Positions 24,150-37,134 of a stretch of DNA of 64,000 nucleotides are shown in pieces (positions within the stretch are counted from its first letter, which is position 1; every line of letters starts with the position of its first letter). The stretch spans positions 29,636,001 to 29,700,000 of the forward strand of contig CM126234.1 of the NCBI GenBank assembly GCA_052327205.1, written 5' to 3'. The notes beneath the pieces were generated by a model that saw nothing but the letters and a program-made list of their open reading frames with translations, was not told the DNA's origin and searched no databases. The translations under genes were made by a program, and so were the position numbers. Source of the DNA: Somniosus microcephalus (taxonomy: Eukaryota).

Positions 24150-24410
24150 CATCAGAACCAGAGGCGATATGAGGAAAAACTTTTTTACGCAATGAGTGGT
24201 TAGGATCTGGAGTGCACTGTCTGATAGGGTGGTGGGAACAAATTCAATAGTATCTTTCAAAAGGGAATGGATAAATACTTGAAGGAGAAAAAATTGCAGG
24301 GATATGGGGAAAGAACGGGGTAGTGGGACTAACTGGATTGTTCTTCGAAAGAGCCGGCGCAGACTTGATGGGCCGAATGGCCTCTTTCTATGTACTATTC
24401 TAGGATTGTA
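24150..24410 (+). mobile_element. CR1 3' terminal fragment
   Basis: gatatgaggaaaaacttttttacgcaa...gatgggccgaatggcctc matches the 3' end of 21920-23480. Confidence 0.8.
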
Positions 24411-24481
24411 TAAATGGGACGGTGCAAGCTGGATCGACAGCATCAAAATAAATATAACGTGGTAGGCATTGCCTCCAAATA

Positions 24482-24926
24482 AAAAGACTTGCATGTATAT
24501 AGTGTCTTTCATGACCTCCGGACATCCCAAGTGCTTTACAGTCAGTGAAGTACTTTTTATTTTAAAAAAAAATATTTAAAAAAATTAAATGTAGGAAAGG
24601 CGGCAGTCAATCTTGTGCAAAGCAAGATTACTGGGATAATGACCAGATACTCTGTTTTTGTGATGTTGGTTGAGGGATAAATATTTGGCAGGACACTGGA
24701 GGTAACTCCTGCTCTTTGAAATAGTGCCGTGGGATCTTTCACGTCCACCTGAGAGGGCAGACAAAGCCTCGGTTTAATGTCTCATCTGAAAGACACTGCA
24801 GCACTCCCTCAGTACTGCAATGGAGTGTTAGCCTAGGTTTTGTGCTCAAATCTCTGGCGTAGGACTTAAACCTGCAATCTTCTAACTCGCAAAACAAGAG
24901 TGCTACCAGCTGAGCCATGGCTGACA
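24482..24926 (-). mobile_element. Deu-domain SINE (SacSINE1-like)
   Basis: The reverse complement has the same head, core and tail as 30547-30992. Confidence 0.85.
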
Positions 24927-25310
24927 CTTTGTACAAAATAAGCACAAATACGAGGGTGAAAATTAAGAAATAGAAAATTTGGTACAGTACAATGAATGCC
25001 AATAAAATATAAACAAAAATAAGTATATTTAAAAAATCCTATATGCATCCTGTCTAAATTCTTGTAGCCACATTTATAATGGAAGCTGCCCATGTAAACT
25101 TGCCATATTGTAATTACACCCTCCGCCAGTGGTGATGCTGTAGTGCCTCGGTTTTGCTTCCCAACTCCTCCTCCTGTACTGAAACTTGTGTTCCAACCAA
25201 CTCTCATTTCTGCTTCCCAAATTCCTGTGTTTTACTATTTAACTATTAATTTTATATAATACTTTGATTTTATATTAAGTACAGAATGTATGACCTAAAT
25301 ATTGGGAAAG

Positions 25311-25667
25311 GGCAGCACGGTGGCATAGTGGTTAGCACTGTTGCCTCACAGCGCCAGGGGCCCGGGTTCGAATCCAGCCTCGGGTGACTGTCTGTGTGGA
25401 GTTTGCACATTCTCCCCGTGTTTGCGTGGGTTTTCTCCGGGTGCTCTGGTTTCCTCCCACAGTCCAAAGATGTGCGGGTTAGGTTGATTGGCTATGATAA
25501 ATTGACCCTTAGTGTTAGGGGGATTAAAATATGTGGGGTTACGGGGATAGGGTGGGATATGTGTTGGTGTAGGGGTTACGGGGATCGGGTGGGATATGTG
25601 TCGGTGCAGGCTCGATGGGCTGAAATGGCCTCTATCTGCACTGTGGGGTTTCTGTGATTCTGTGAAT
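25311..25667 (+). mobile_element. V-SINE (HE1-like)
   Basis: A full head ggcagcacggtggcatagtgg, the V domain, an internal duplication of ggggttacggggat, and a tail ending tctgtga. Confidence 0.88.
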
Positions 25668-26374
25668 TATGTCTCTTCAGGCTGGTCCAATGATCCCCTA
25701 ATCCTGTTTCACTTGAAGACTGCATTTGGTCTTGACTCTCTGTATAACCCACAAAAAATTGACACGAATATATCATTCAAAGTCCAAACATATCCTGCAT
25801 TATAATTGATAACCAGGGAAAGCCTCCAAATATATATTTTAAAAACTTACACTTGTGGACACTGCCTGTCTGCAATATCTTATTTTATGTTGTCGTGTGT
25901 TATACTTTTGTGTCAACTTTTTCCCAATTATAAATTCCGATGTAAACTTGTTGCATTGTATCTACACCCTCCTACCAGTTGTGGTGCTGTGGCACCTCAC
26001 TTATGCCTCGCAGCACTTCAGCCTGTACTGCAGAGAAACATCTATGGTCCAAACATGTTTACTTCCCTGCTTCTCAAATTTCTGTTAGTTTTGCTATTTA
26101 ACTATAAATTATATAAAATCCAATAATACATAAAAATAGGGAGATTAAAGCTTGCTCCTCCAGCAGTACCAACTCGCCCAAATGCATTTTGAATGGCCCT
26201 GATGACACCACTATTTTCACATAAATTACTTTTAAAGTGTTGTTAAGTGCTTTGTGACATTTCTCAGCAGTATGAATAGGTGCTATTCAAATGTAGGCCT
26301 TTTATCTATCTGATTATTTTATATATACATTATTACAAGATTCTTGCATATGGTGTGCACTTTATGTCTACAAA

Positions 26375-26770
26375 TCAGAAGATCATGGGTTAAAGTCCCA
26401 CTCTTGAGACTTGAGCACATAATCTAGGCTGACTCTTCAGTGCAGTAGTGAGGGAGTGCTACACTGTCGGAGGTGTCATATTTCGGATGCGACGTTAAAC
26501 CGAAGCCCCGTCTGCCCTCGGGTGGACAAAAAGGATCCCATGGCACTTTTTGTAGAAGAGCAGGGGAGTTCTCCCCAGTGTCCTGGCCAATATTTATCCC
26601 TCAACCAACATCACTAAAACACATTATCTGGTCATTATCTCATTGTTTGTGTGCAAATTGGTTGCCATGTTTCCTACATTACAATGGTGACAACACTTCA
26701 AAAGTACTTTGTTGGCTGTAAAGCACTTTGGGATGTTCTGAAAGGTGCTATATAAATGCAAGTTCTTTCT
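26375..26770 (+). mobile_element. Deu-domain SINE (SacSINE1-like)
   Basis: Same core, and a tail ending aaaggtgctatataaatgcaag. Confidence 0.83.
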
Positions 26771-27564
26771 TTTACTTCCTGCATCACAATTTTTAATGAA
26801 GCTTTTATATCAACACTTATGAGTTAATATTTCTATGGGAGCTCTAATGTAAAAACTGTCAACACTTACCTATGTTCCCAGCTCTGCCCCGACTTTCAAA
26901 ATTTTGGCTCTTAATCGTGCCCCCCCCCCTCCCCCTCCCCCTCCCCCGTGCAGGTTCCCAGCCCAACTCTTTAGAAATTTTAGTCCTCCTCCCAACAGGC
27001 TCCCAGTCCCAACCTAATTCTTTAAAACTTACTCCTCCCTCCTTCAGAACTGCTGCCTGCTTGGAAAATATTCTCACCTTGCAGGTTCCCAGTCCCATCT
27101 GCCAGCCCTGACTGTGTAAAACTTTTCAACCACCCCACACATTCTCAACCTTGGCCGGATTCTAAATCGTGCTTCACTACAGCTTCCTATCCGCAAACTC
27201 AGTCGCAATTTTTTTTAAATTTCAACCGCCGACTCACTTTAAAATTTTATTTCCACCTGTTCTCAATCCCCAGTCTTCAACCATTTTTCTTTGCCCACCT
27301 ATTTTCCCATCAGGCTCCCAACCATACCATGTGCAACATCATAGACGATCCACTAGTATTATGTTAAAAGTCTTGTATCAAAAACAGATTTACTGGTCAA
27401 TATCTCATTGCTGTTTGTGGGAGCTTGTTCTGCGCAAATTAGCACACAGGAAGACCCTTTTTCCCCCGTTTGTCAACTTACTTCCTGTAATGTCACAATT
27501 GCATTATCACACTGCAGCAGATCACTGAATGAGCAGAGAGAACAATGGTACAAACCATTTTGTT

Positions 27565-28085
27565 GTTATACGAACATACAAAAATGACAGGCAGGAACAG
27601 ACCAGTCAACTCCAGCCAGCCCCACATTCATGATGCCTGGAGCATTCTGACAACACAAACTACCACCCAGCAGCCATGTAATCTCTTGGGTGAGGCAAGA
27701 AACCAGAAAAAACCCTGTACCAATAAGAGAAAAAATACCCTGGAATATTCCTCTCTAACCCCCTTAGGCGATCAAAACCAGTCCAGGCGATCACATTGAC
27801 TTGTGCGTGTGTTAAAGTACTTACCCTTTATATGATGTGATCTCTGCCCCAGCCAAGAACCGGTCCAGCTCACTTTTGAAGGCATCCAGAGAATCGGCGC
27901 ACACCGCACAAGCCAGCAACACATTCTAGTGGCTTGCTACTGTCTGGGAAAAGAAGAACCACCCAACATCTAGTCTATTCCTACTTTTGCGTAGATTAAA
28001 TGCATGACCCCGGTCCTCCCTAATCTGTCAAACTGAAATAATCTATCAACAGGCACCCAATCCAGCCCCTTTATTATTTTATATA
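27565..28085 (-). mobile_element. Degenerate CR1-like 3' fragment
   Basis: The minus strand encodes VYKIIKGLDWVPVDRLFQFDRLGRT, a CR1 ORF2 C-terminus-like sequence. Confidence 0.6.
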
Positions 28086-30079
28086 CCTGGTGTCCTTTGA
28101 CTTGGTTTTTGTCCACTGTTTTCTGAGTTAATTTCTGAAAATATGTATGATTAACAGGAAGACTGGCCATTTATAGAGGATTTCTTTCAAATGCTATCAA
28201 TGTGGGTGACACTGATTATCCCTGCCAAACTCTAGGTTCCTCCTTTTTATAGTGCTGCTAAACCACAGAACACCTCCTCCTCCTCCCCCCCCCCCCCCAT
28301 GCAGCCAAACTCCAGCAAGCCTGTTGCAAAATCCCTGGACCCCAACCCCTCTACTGCTAAACAGCAGGTACCTACCTCCACCCTAGTACATCTTGCTGTG
28401 TCACTGCAGCTTTAAAAAAAACTTAAGGGATAAAAATCAAGTAGATGGGTAAAAGGATATATATAAAATGGAGGCCACTCATTCATGAATATAGAACAAA
28501 TCAAGGTCACTAATTTACAGTTTTTACAGAAAATTGAACAGTTTTACAATTCTATTCCCAAAACACTGATTAAAAAATCCTAGCGTACCATGCAAGAAAG
28601 ACAGAATTTGATTTATTCAGTCACTAAGTTAGTGGCCAGGATAATACATTATGCATTACATAGAATAACAGCATTATTGTTATAAAACCATGTACCCTCA
28701 GATTCATTTAGTAATGGCACTGAAGATCTGCCTATTACACACACACACACATACACACACACAAATGTCTTGCGTCTGTCATACTTCCTTAAAAAGGTAT
28801 GTCATATCCATGGCATCATAACTCATTTGTCACACTTTAAATATATGATTGGCTTAAATTACTACCATCTGTCCAGTTAGCCATGTTGATTTGCTCAAAT
28901 ATCTGATTGTGACTAGACAGACAGGAAAGTTACTGTTATCAATCGAGAACCAACAGCCTGCACAAAATCAGCCAATCTGGAACCAGCAATTATGATAAAA
29001 AAAAACAACAAATCAGATCCATGACTTTGGTCCTGGTGAGTTTAAAAACTTATATCCAGGTTTTTAAATTTTCCTAAAATTCTTATTTAATTGCACCTTT
29101 TTGTTCTGAGAAAATTGCTGTAATTATAAATATTTTTTAAAACTGAAAGATACCAACAGGAATAGAAATCAAGATTAATCCCATCTTGAGCATAATTCTT
29201 TCCAAGTTAAATTTTAATTAGTGCCAATTATAATTAATGAGCAAAGGGACTGTGACAAAATGGATTCTTTTGTTTGTAGCTTATAGGTGTCCTCTCTCTA
29301 CTGCATTTCCAAGCTTAAAACCAGGTTATTTTAAGAACAATGGCTTCTGCAACTGCATGCTGGGAAATTGGCCTAATTTTTTTTGCTCTGCATGAAGTAT
29401 ATCAGGAGCCAGTCAAGCCAATATTATTGATTACTAGCAGATGTATGTGTCTGGAAAACTGATTACTGAGCGCACCAAAGTGCTAGAAATAATTAATGTC
29501 CATCACAGTTGTGTCACTATTAAGCCATGACCTAATCTGATTTTAGCGCAAACATCACTTTTCAGACACCACAGGTGGATTACGGCATGCTTTTGTGTAT
29601 GTGTTATGTAGCTTGCTGGTTGTTGTTGAAATGAAGTGCCTCTCTTTGAAAGCTCTGTAAAGAAAGCCTTTCGAAGGAATTAAACTGACTGGTTTATCTG
29701 TTTAACCCTTTCCTGAACTGGCTCAAAGTTGCTATGTTATTTGCTGTGACTTCAACAACTGGTTGTTATTGCTTATTTCTGTGACTGACTCTCAGTAAAT
29801 AAACTTGTTTGGTAATTTAGTCAGTTATGAAAGTGTCTGGTGTGACTATTATTAATTATCTTCTGAAGTTACAGGGGCATGTACTGAAAATCCTGATGTG
29901 TAATCCAAAAATAATAAACAGGTTTATTATTTGCCAAGAGACCACTATCCCAGATTACTTTGCGCACAAGGTCTCATTGTAGTTCACAGGAAGCGCAGAC
30001 CTGCCTATAAGAGCTGTTTTTTGTGTTGGGCATGTCTGAATCATAAGACTAGGTAGCAACAAAGGTGGACTATTAATAT

Positions 30080-31230
30080 CACATGCAGGCCAACAGATGG
30101 AAATTTAAAAATGGAACCAGCAGAGTCAAATAACAGTATTGAAAACTGTCTACGAGGTCTCCGATAGGTGTGGACAGAGAGCTAGAATTAGCTTGACTGG
30201 CTGTGGAGGAAAAGAGCAAAGAATCTGCATTCCGGTTAGAAGTGCTTAAATTGGAGGCTGCAAAGCAGCAGCGCAAGTATGAGGAGCCTCAGTGTCAATG
30301 CAATAAAGAGGAAAAGGAACGCAAGTGCACATTCGAAGCTGATGGACAGGGGAAGCAGCGGCAGCATGAGCTCGTGAAGGCAAGACGATTTGCAACAAAT
30401 AAATTCCAGGTGAGTGAATGTACAGCAACTCCAGCCCATGATCTGGGATGTGATAGACTTAGCGCGGTAGAAATTCATCTCGGGCAGTCGTGCAAAACGG
30501 GTGATAGTGAATCGGCGGCCAGTTTTTCTTTTCCAGAAGTCAATGTGCCAGCCGTGGTTCAGCTGGTAGCCCTCTCGTCTCTGAGTCAGAAGGTCATGGG
30601 TTAAAGCCTCACTCCACAGACTTGAGCACATAATCTAGGCTGACTCTTCAGTGCAGTACTGAGGGAGTGCTGCACTGTCGCAGGTGCCGTCTTTCAGATG
30701 AGACGTTAAACCGAGGCCCCGTCTGTCCCCTCAGGTGGTCGTAAAAGATCCCATGGCACTATTCATGGAAGAGCTGCAGAGTCCTCCCTGGTGTCCTGGC
30801 CAATATTTATCCCTCAATCAACATCACTAAAGCACATTATCTGGTCATCACATTGCTGTTTGTGGGAGCTTGCTGTGCGCAAATTAGCTGCCACGTTTCT
30901 TACATTACAACACTTCAAAAGTACTTCATTGGCTGTAAAGCGCCTTGGGACATCCTGAGGTAATGAAAGGCGCTATAGAAATGCAAGTCTTTTGTTTAAT
31001 AGAAAAGAAAATCTGGCGGCGTGCAAAGGGGGCCACCGATTTGGTATCGCCCGATTTTTGCTATCGCCCAATCGAATATATACCCCAGTAAATCCACTTC
31101 CAAAATTTAATGACAGGGACAACATAGATGAATTGTTAAGAACATTCAAATTGCTGGTGGGAGACCACAGGTAACACCCTAGAACATGGGCAGAAAGACC
31201 AGTACCATCACTGAGTGGGAAATAATCGAT
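30080..31230 (+). mobile_element. Degenerate Gypsy-type gag remnant, split by a SINE
   Basis: A coiled-coil segment (AFRLEVLKLEAAKQQRKYEE...QRQHEL) and LPKFNDRDNIDELLRTF...RTWAE...LSGK resemble the Gypsy gag pattern PKFxExDxxxxYFxxFE...W...LxGKA. Confidence 0.5.
30547..30992 (+). mobile_element. Deu-domain SINE (SacSINE1-like), full length
   Basis: tRNA-like head, Deu core gtgccgtctttcagatgagacgttaaaccgagg, and an L2-like tail. Confidence 0.9.
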
Positions 31231-31499
31231 CCTGAACTCTGCATGGGTTATAGTAACAAAATGTGCGATTTTCAACTGTTATATTATCACACCATAACAT
31301 AGAGGCGTAAGTTTAGTTAAGTACACAAAGGTACATATAAAGAATTCATTTTGGAGATGCAGATGCATGGAGACAGGTTAGAAGAGGAAGTTGCAGAATC
31401 AAGCAAGGAGATAAATGAATATATACTCACAGTGTTGTGCAGGTGTGACTAGCTGCAGGTGTGACTACACCGACGCTTGTTTTAGGCACGTGCACTATT

Positions 31500-32930
31500 T
31501 TTAGTAGAAAAGCATGTAAATGTACTTCACATATATTCTTTCTTAACAAACATCTACCACCATTCAGCATGAAACTTTGCAGTCTTTCTCTTTCACCAAT
31601 GTCTGGAATTGTGGCATGAATTTATCAGACATGGCGCATCTTAGTGCAGCTTCTAGGTCTTTGTCCAGCAGTGGCGACTGGCGAGCGTTACTTTGATTTC
31701 ATTGGTGATTGCTGAGAATGTTGAATCGCACAACCAAGTTGAGCCAAACATGGCACACAGCTTGGCAGCGGCAAGTCTCAAAACCAGATATTCACCCTCA
31801 ATCAGGATATTTTGCCATATTTTCAGCACACAGTCAGTCTCGGTCATGTATCCAATTTGCAGTGTCAGCAGATCCATCTCCAATCTACATATTTTCACAG
31901 AGCAGTTCCACTAGTGTCCGTAAGTTCCAATGTCAAAGCGGAATGGATCTTTCATGAACTGAAAGGCTAGACTGAAACTGTCAAAATCAGCAAATCACTT
32001 CTAAAATTGTTCCAGCAAATTTCAAAGCCTAGCAGTATAATGATCTCGATCTCTCTCTCTCTCATTCACTGCTGTGTGCTTCCAATCTCACTTAGATATT
32101 TTATCAACAGTGTAATAAAGACAAGAGTGTCAACCAATCATGGCAGATGTGCCATCAGTGGTAACCAACACCAAGTTGACCAGGTTCGGCTCAAACTTTG
32201 AGTGACAAGTTTTGCACCAGCCAAAATGTCAGAACTACATGTATGGTCTTTCAGTCCTGTGAGCACCAACAGCTTCTTTTTCAGCTCAAAGTCTTGCTTA
32301 ACGAATTGTACCCAGAATACTAACTGGGCAGTGCCACAAAAGTGACAGGATTCATCCTGTGCAAGGGAAAATGCAAGAGAATCTTTCCGCTCAGCTTTCA
32401 GCTGCGATTCGATGCTGCCAGTCAGATCCAGAAAATGACGACAAACAGTCTGATGACTTAAATGCAGCTCTCAAATTTTCTGCAAAATATCGTTTCTGAT
32501 TTTCAGTACATTTGTTCTCCAGTGAGGTGTCCAGGACTGTCACCATAAACTCTTTCAAACCTGTCCATCAGAAAATTGTTTCTTTTTTCGCTCCAGAATC
32601 CCAACAGTTTTGTAATTGGTCAATGTTATAAGTTCCAAAGACGACAGAAATTATTTCAAAACCGTTTTCTACTGATTTGAGAGTTGATTTCAGTTGAGAA
32701 ATTTAATGCACTCTTTTCTGTGAAACAATTAAAAATTTTCTGTTAAATTCAGAAAGCAAATGTTTGAAATGCTTCTTCAAATTATCCACCTTATTCTCAG
32801 CAGACAACTTTGTGCACAAAAGGCAAAGTGGTTTCTTGCCACTCTACATAATGACAAACTGAATTTCCCATTCAATGTGAAATTTTCATCCAACTTTCAC
32901 CCAATATCGACCCTTTTTGACTGGAGGTCC
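31500..32930 (-). mobile_element. Decayed hAT (Charlie/SPIN, GTF2IRD2-like) transposase relic
   Basis: The minus strand gives EWEIQF...KKPLCLLC...NKVDNLKKHFK at the N-terminal end (about 32760-32880) and MFGSTWLCDSTFSAI (FGSTYLCEQxFS dimerisation motif) at about 31700-31760. Many stops. Confidence 0.7.
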
Positions 32931-33915
32931 CACTGGCGCATCAATCCGCTCACCAAAAGAACTATTCACAGGAACTGTCACTGTTTACCGTTTTCTTGCG
33001 ACAAATCTATCCATTCGCAAATCTAACCAATTCTTTATTTTTCTTTCACGAGACGTGCTAGACCCGACCCTGCTCTCCCTCCAAGATGGATGCTGCTTAC
33101 CTTTTAGCCATGACTTGCCCTGTTGGCGATGCTTGTTATTGGTTGGATTTGCTTTCTTCTGCTGACCTGGAGCAGTTATTCTGATCAGTAGAGCTGGCCA
33201 CAATAACCGCTCTCCTCACAATACAATACAATATTACTGGTGTTTCCATGGTTCTGAAGCCCAGCGTTTTCACCCATTTTACACACCATTATAGCAGATG
33301 ACCAATAAGCAGTAAACAAGGAAGTAAAGCACACACAATCAAAAAACATTGTGCATTTGTTGGTAAAATGTGTGAAAGGTTAAAGTTCACATGCATACAC
33401 CATGCAACTGAGTATTGAGATCACAGGCCCAACGACAGGGTCTATTACTCACTTTTTATCTACTAATCAGAAATGCAATTTGCCACATCTGGATTCCTAA
33501 TTAGCCACATGGACAACACTGGACTGGAAGGACAGTTTTTAGGAGGAGTTCCAGACAATCTGCTGGTACGGTTGCTGGACAACAGATATGAAACTTTAAG
33601 TGAGGTGGCATTATGTAAACACACGAGTGCAGGGAAACGTGTGGAAAGACCAATGCCACATGCTGGCAGGTGATTCGCTGAGCTAGATGATGCACCTGCA
33701 TTCTGTGATCCTGTACCAGTGCAGCCAGGCAGATCACAGAAGGACAATGCGTGAAATTAAATGTTACAGATACAGTAAGATGGGATGCAAAACAAAAATT
33801 GTTGGTTTGACAGGGGGCTGGGTTTTCTGCACATTCAATTTTCTGTCATTTTGTTTCTGAAATTCCCAGTGTATCACACTCCTCTCTAACAGACTGCATT
33901 TCCTTCTTTTGATCA

Positions 33916-34690
33916 CCGTTTAATCCATCGCTCCCGCTCAGGTCCGCACCGTGTCCTGGGCCTTCTCCGGTGCTCCGTTTAATCCGTCGCTCCCGCTCTG
34001 GTCCGCACCGTGTCCTGGGCCTTCTCCGGTGCTCCGTTTAATCCGTCGCTCCCGCTCTGGTCCGCACCGTGTCCTGGGCCTTCTCCGGTGCTCCGTTTAA
34101 TCCGTCGCTCCCGCTCGGGTCCGCACCATGTCTTGGGCCTTCTCCGGTGCTCCGTTTAATCCGTCGCTCCCGCTCAGGTCCATACCGTGTCCTGGGCCTT
34201 CTCCTGTGCTCAGTTTAATCCGTTGCTCCCGCTCTGGTCCACACCGTGTCCTGGGCCTTCTCCGGTGCTCAGTTTAATCCGTTGCTCCCGCTCTGGTCCG
34301 CACCGTGTCCTGGGCCTTCTCCTGTGCTCAGTTTAATCCGTCGCTCCCGCTCTGGTCCGCACCGTGTCCTGGGCCTTCTCCGGTGCTCCGTTTAATCCGT
34401 CGCTCCCGCTCAGGTCTGCACCGTGTCCTGGGCCTTCTCCTGTGCTCAGTTTAATCCGTTGCTCCCGCTCTGGTCCGCACCGTGTCCTGGGCCTTCTCCG
34501 GTGCTCCCGCTCTGGTCCGCACTGTGTCCTGGGCCTTCTCCGGTGCTCCCGCTCTGGTCCGCACCATGTCCTGGGCCTTCTCTGTTGCTCCCGCTCTGGT
34601 CCGCACCGTGTCCTGGGCCTTCTCCGGTGCTCCCGCTCCGGTCCGCACTGTGTCCTGGGCCTTCTCCGGTGCTCGGTTTAATCCGTCGCT
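33916..34690. repeat. GC/CpG-rich minisatellite: 10 x 59 bp followed by 4 x 42 bp
   Basis: The unit ccgtttaatccgtcgctcccgctctggtccgcaccgtgtcctgggccttctccggtgct repeats from 33916 to 34505. Units at 34506, 34548, 34590 and 34632 lack its first 17 bp. Confidence 0.95.
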
Positions 34691-35254
34691 GCCGCTGCCG
34701 CCACCTCCGCTGAGGTCCGTGCTGTCAGTACCCCGCTACTAATGAACGCTGAGTAATTGTCCACATTGCACATGCTCAAATTGCAGAAACAGCCTTCAGC
34801 ACACGGGGTCAAGGTTCTGGAAACACTATCAAGTCCAAGTCCAGGCATTTCAGAGACACTGGCTTTCAAATAAAAAACTTTAATGAAGCTATTAAAACAC
34901 AGAAGACACTTTAATTGTTAAATGTAATCATGTTACAATGAAATAACATGATTACATTTCTTGATGTTCCTATTTTTTTTTTAACACCTTGTTTTGGACA
35001 TTGAGTAAAAAATTGTTTGCCATTTTTGTTTAGTAACTGAAATTTCAAACAGCATTTTGAGAGAATCAATTGGTTCACCTTTTTCTTCTCCTGATTTGTA
35101 GGTCCGTCTCACTGATCCCTGGCGTAATTGCGGCAAGTAGGACGCTTGTGCACCTTCCTGGATTTTCCATGGGGGGTGGTAACGGGGATGTAGAATACAT
35201 CCGCCCTAATATAGGTGAATGTATTCAAAATATATGCAAATAACAAGAATCAGT

Positions 35255-36620
35255 AGTAGGCAAAATGCTAGAATCCATTATTAGGGACATGGTAACAGGC
35301 ACTTAGAAAATCACAATATGATTAGGGAGAGTCAACATGGTTTTATGAAAGGGAAATCGTGTTTGACAAATCTGTTAAGAGTTTTTTGAAGATGTAACCA
35401 GTAGGATGAATAAGGGGGTGTGGATGTGGTGTATTTGGATTTTCAAAAAGCATTCGATAAGGTGCCACACAAGAGGTTGTTACACAAAATTAGGGCTCAT
35501 GGGATTGGGAGTAATATATTAGCATGGATTGAGGATTGGTTAATGAACAGAAAACAGAGAGCAGGAATATACGGGACTTTTTCGGGTTGGCAGACTATAA
35601 CTAGCGGGGTACCGCAAGGATCAGTGCTTGGGCCTCAACTATTTACAATCTATATTAATGACTTAGATGAAGGGACTGAGTGTAACATATCCAAGTTTGC
35701 TGATGGTACAAAGTTAGGTGGGAAATTAAGCTGTGAGGAGGACGCCAAGAGGCTGGAGAGAGATATAGACAGGTTGACTGAGTGGGCAAGAACATGGCAA
35801 ATGGAATACAATGTGGGGAAGTGTGAAGTTATCCACATTGGTAGGAAAAATAAAAAAGCAGAATATTTTTTAAATGGTGAGAGATTGGGAAATGTTGGTG
35901 TTCAGAGGGACCTGGGTGTCCTTGTACATGAATCACAAAAAGTTAACAAGCAGGTACAGCAAGCAATTAGGAAAGCAAATGGTATGTTAGCTTTTGTTAT
36001 AAAGGGATTAAAGTGTAAGAGTAAAGAAGTCTTACTACAATTATATGGGACATTAGTGAGGCCACACCTGGAGCACTGTGTACAGTTCTGGTCTCCTTAC
36101 CTAAGGAAAGACATACTTGCCTTGGAGGGAGTGTAGCAAAGATTCACCAGACTGGTTCCTAGGATGAGGGGATTGCCCTATGAGGAGAGATTGAGTAGAC
36201 TAGGCCTATATTCCCTAGAGTTTAGAAAAATGAGAGGTGATCTAATTGAAACATATAAAATTCTTAAGGGGCTTGACAGGGTTAATGCTTGGAAAATGTT
36301 TTCCCCGGCTGGGGAATCTAAAACACGGGGTCACAGTCTCGCAATAAGGGGTAGGCCTTTTAGGACTGAGATGAGGAGGAATTTCTTCACTCAGAAGGTT
36401 GTGAATCTTTGGAGTTTTCTATCCCAGAGAGGTGTAGATGCTCAGTCATTGAATATATTCAAGACAGAGGTCGATTAATTTTTTGGGAACAAAGGGAATT
36501 AAGGGATATGGGGATAGTGCGGGAAGGTGGAGTTGAGGTAGAAGATCAGCCATGATCTTGTTGAATGGCAGAACAGGCTCGAATGGGCAAATGGCCTACT
36601 CCTGCTCCTATTTCTTATGA
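35255..36620 (+). mobile_element. CR1/HER1-like LINE, 5'-truncated, with stops
   Basis: DVVYLDFQKAFDKVPH, SGVPQGSVLGP, SKFADGTKLG, and a 3' tail ctcctgctcctatttcttatg. Confidence 0.93.
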
Positions 36621-37134
36621 ATGCATTACCTCGTATTTCCCGCCATTTTGCACAAAAGCAATGCCACTGTGTTCCTGGTCTCCAGGGTTGCTATGGCATG
36701 TAGGGGGAGGGAGGGAATTCAGCTTCGCAGCCTTGTGATTTCAGAATTTCTTACAGAACTTCTGCCTCCCCCCCATCTTCAGCTGCTTCAGAGCCCGTTG
36801 GCCAAGCTATGCACTTGAGGCCTGTCAGCAATTTTCCTCCCTCTGAAGCAGAAAAAGTGTGTCTGGAATGATTTGATAGGTCCAGCTTGTTTTCCCTTTT
36901 AAATTTTTTTTTATTGGTAGGCTCTTCCCACGTGCCTGCTGTCCTTGTACTTCTAGGAGATGGAGGTTGCGGGATTGGGAGGTGTTGTTGAAGAAGCCTT
37001 GGCGAGTTGCTGCAGTGCATCCTGTAGATGGTACACATTGCAGCCACGGTGTGCCGGTGGTGGAGGGAGTGAATGTTTAAGCTGTGTTAAATCAGTTTTA
37101 TTTTTAGTGGCAGCAAACAAAATTGGAGAACTTG

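Noticed and set aside
33916-34690. CRISPR-like array or repeat-encoded proteins (ORFs 34364-34742)
   Set aside because: The units are contiguous with no unique spacers, the context is eukaryotic, and the ORFs are by-products of a GC-rich repeat.
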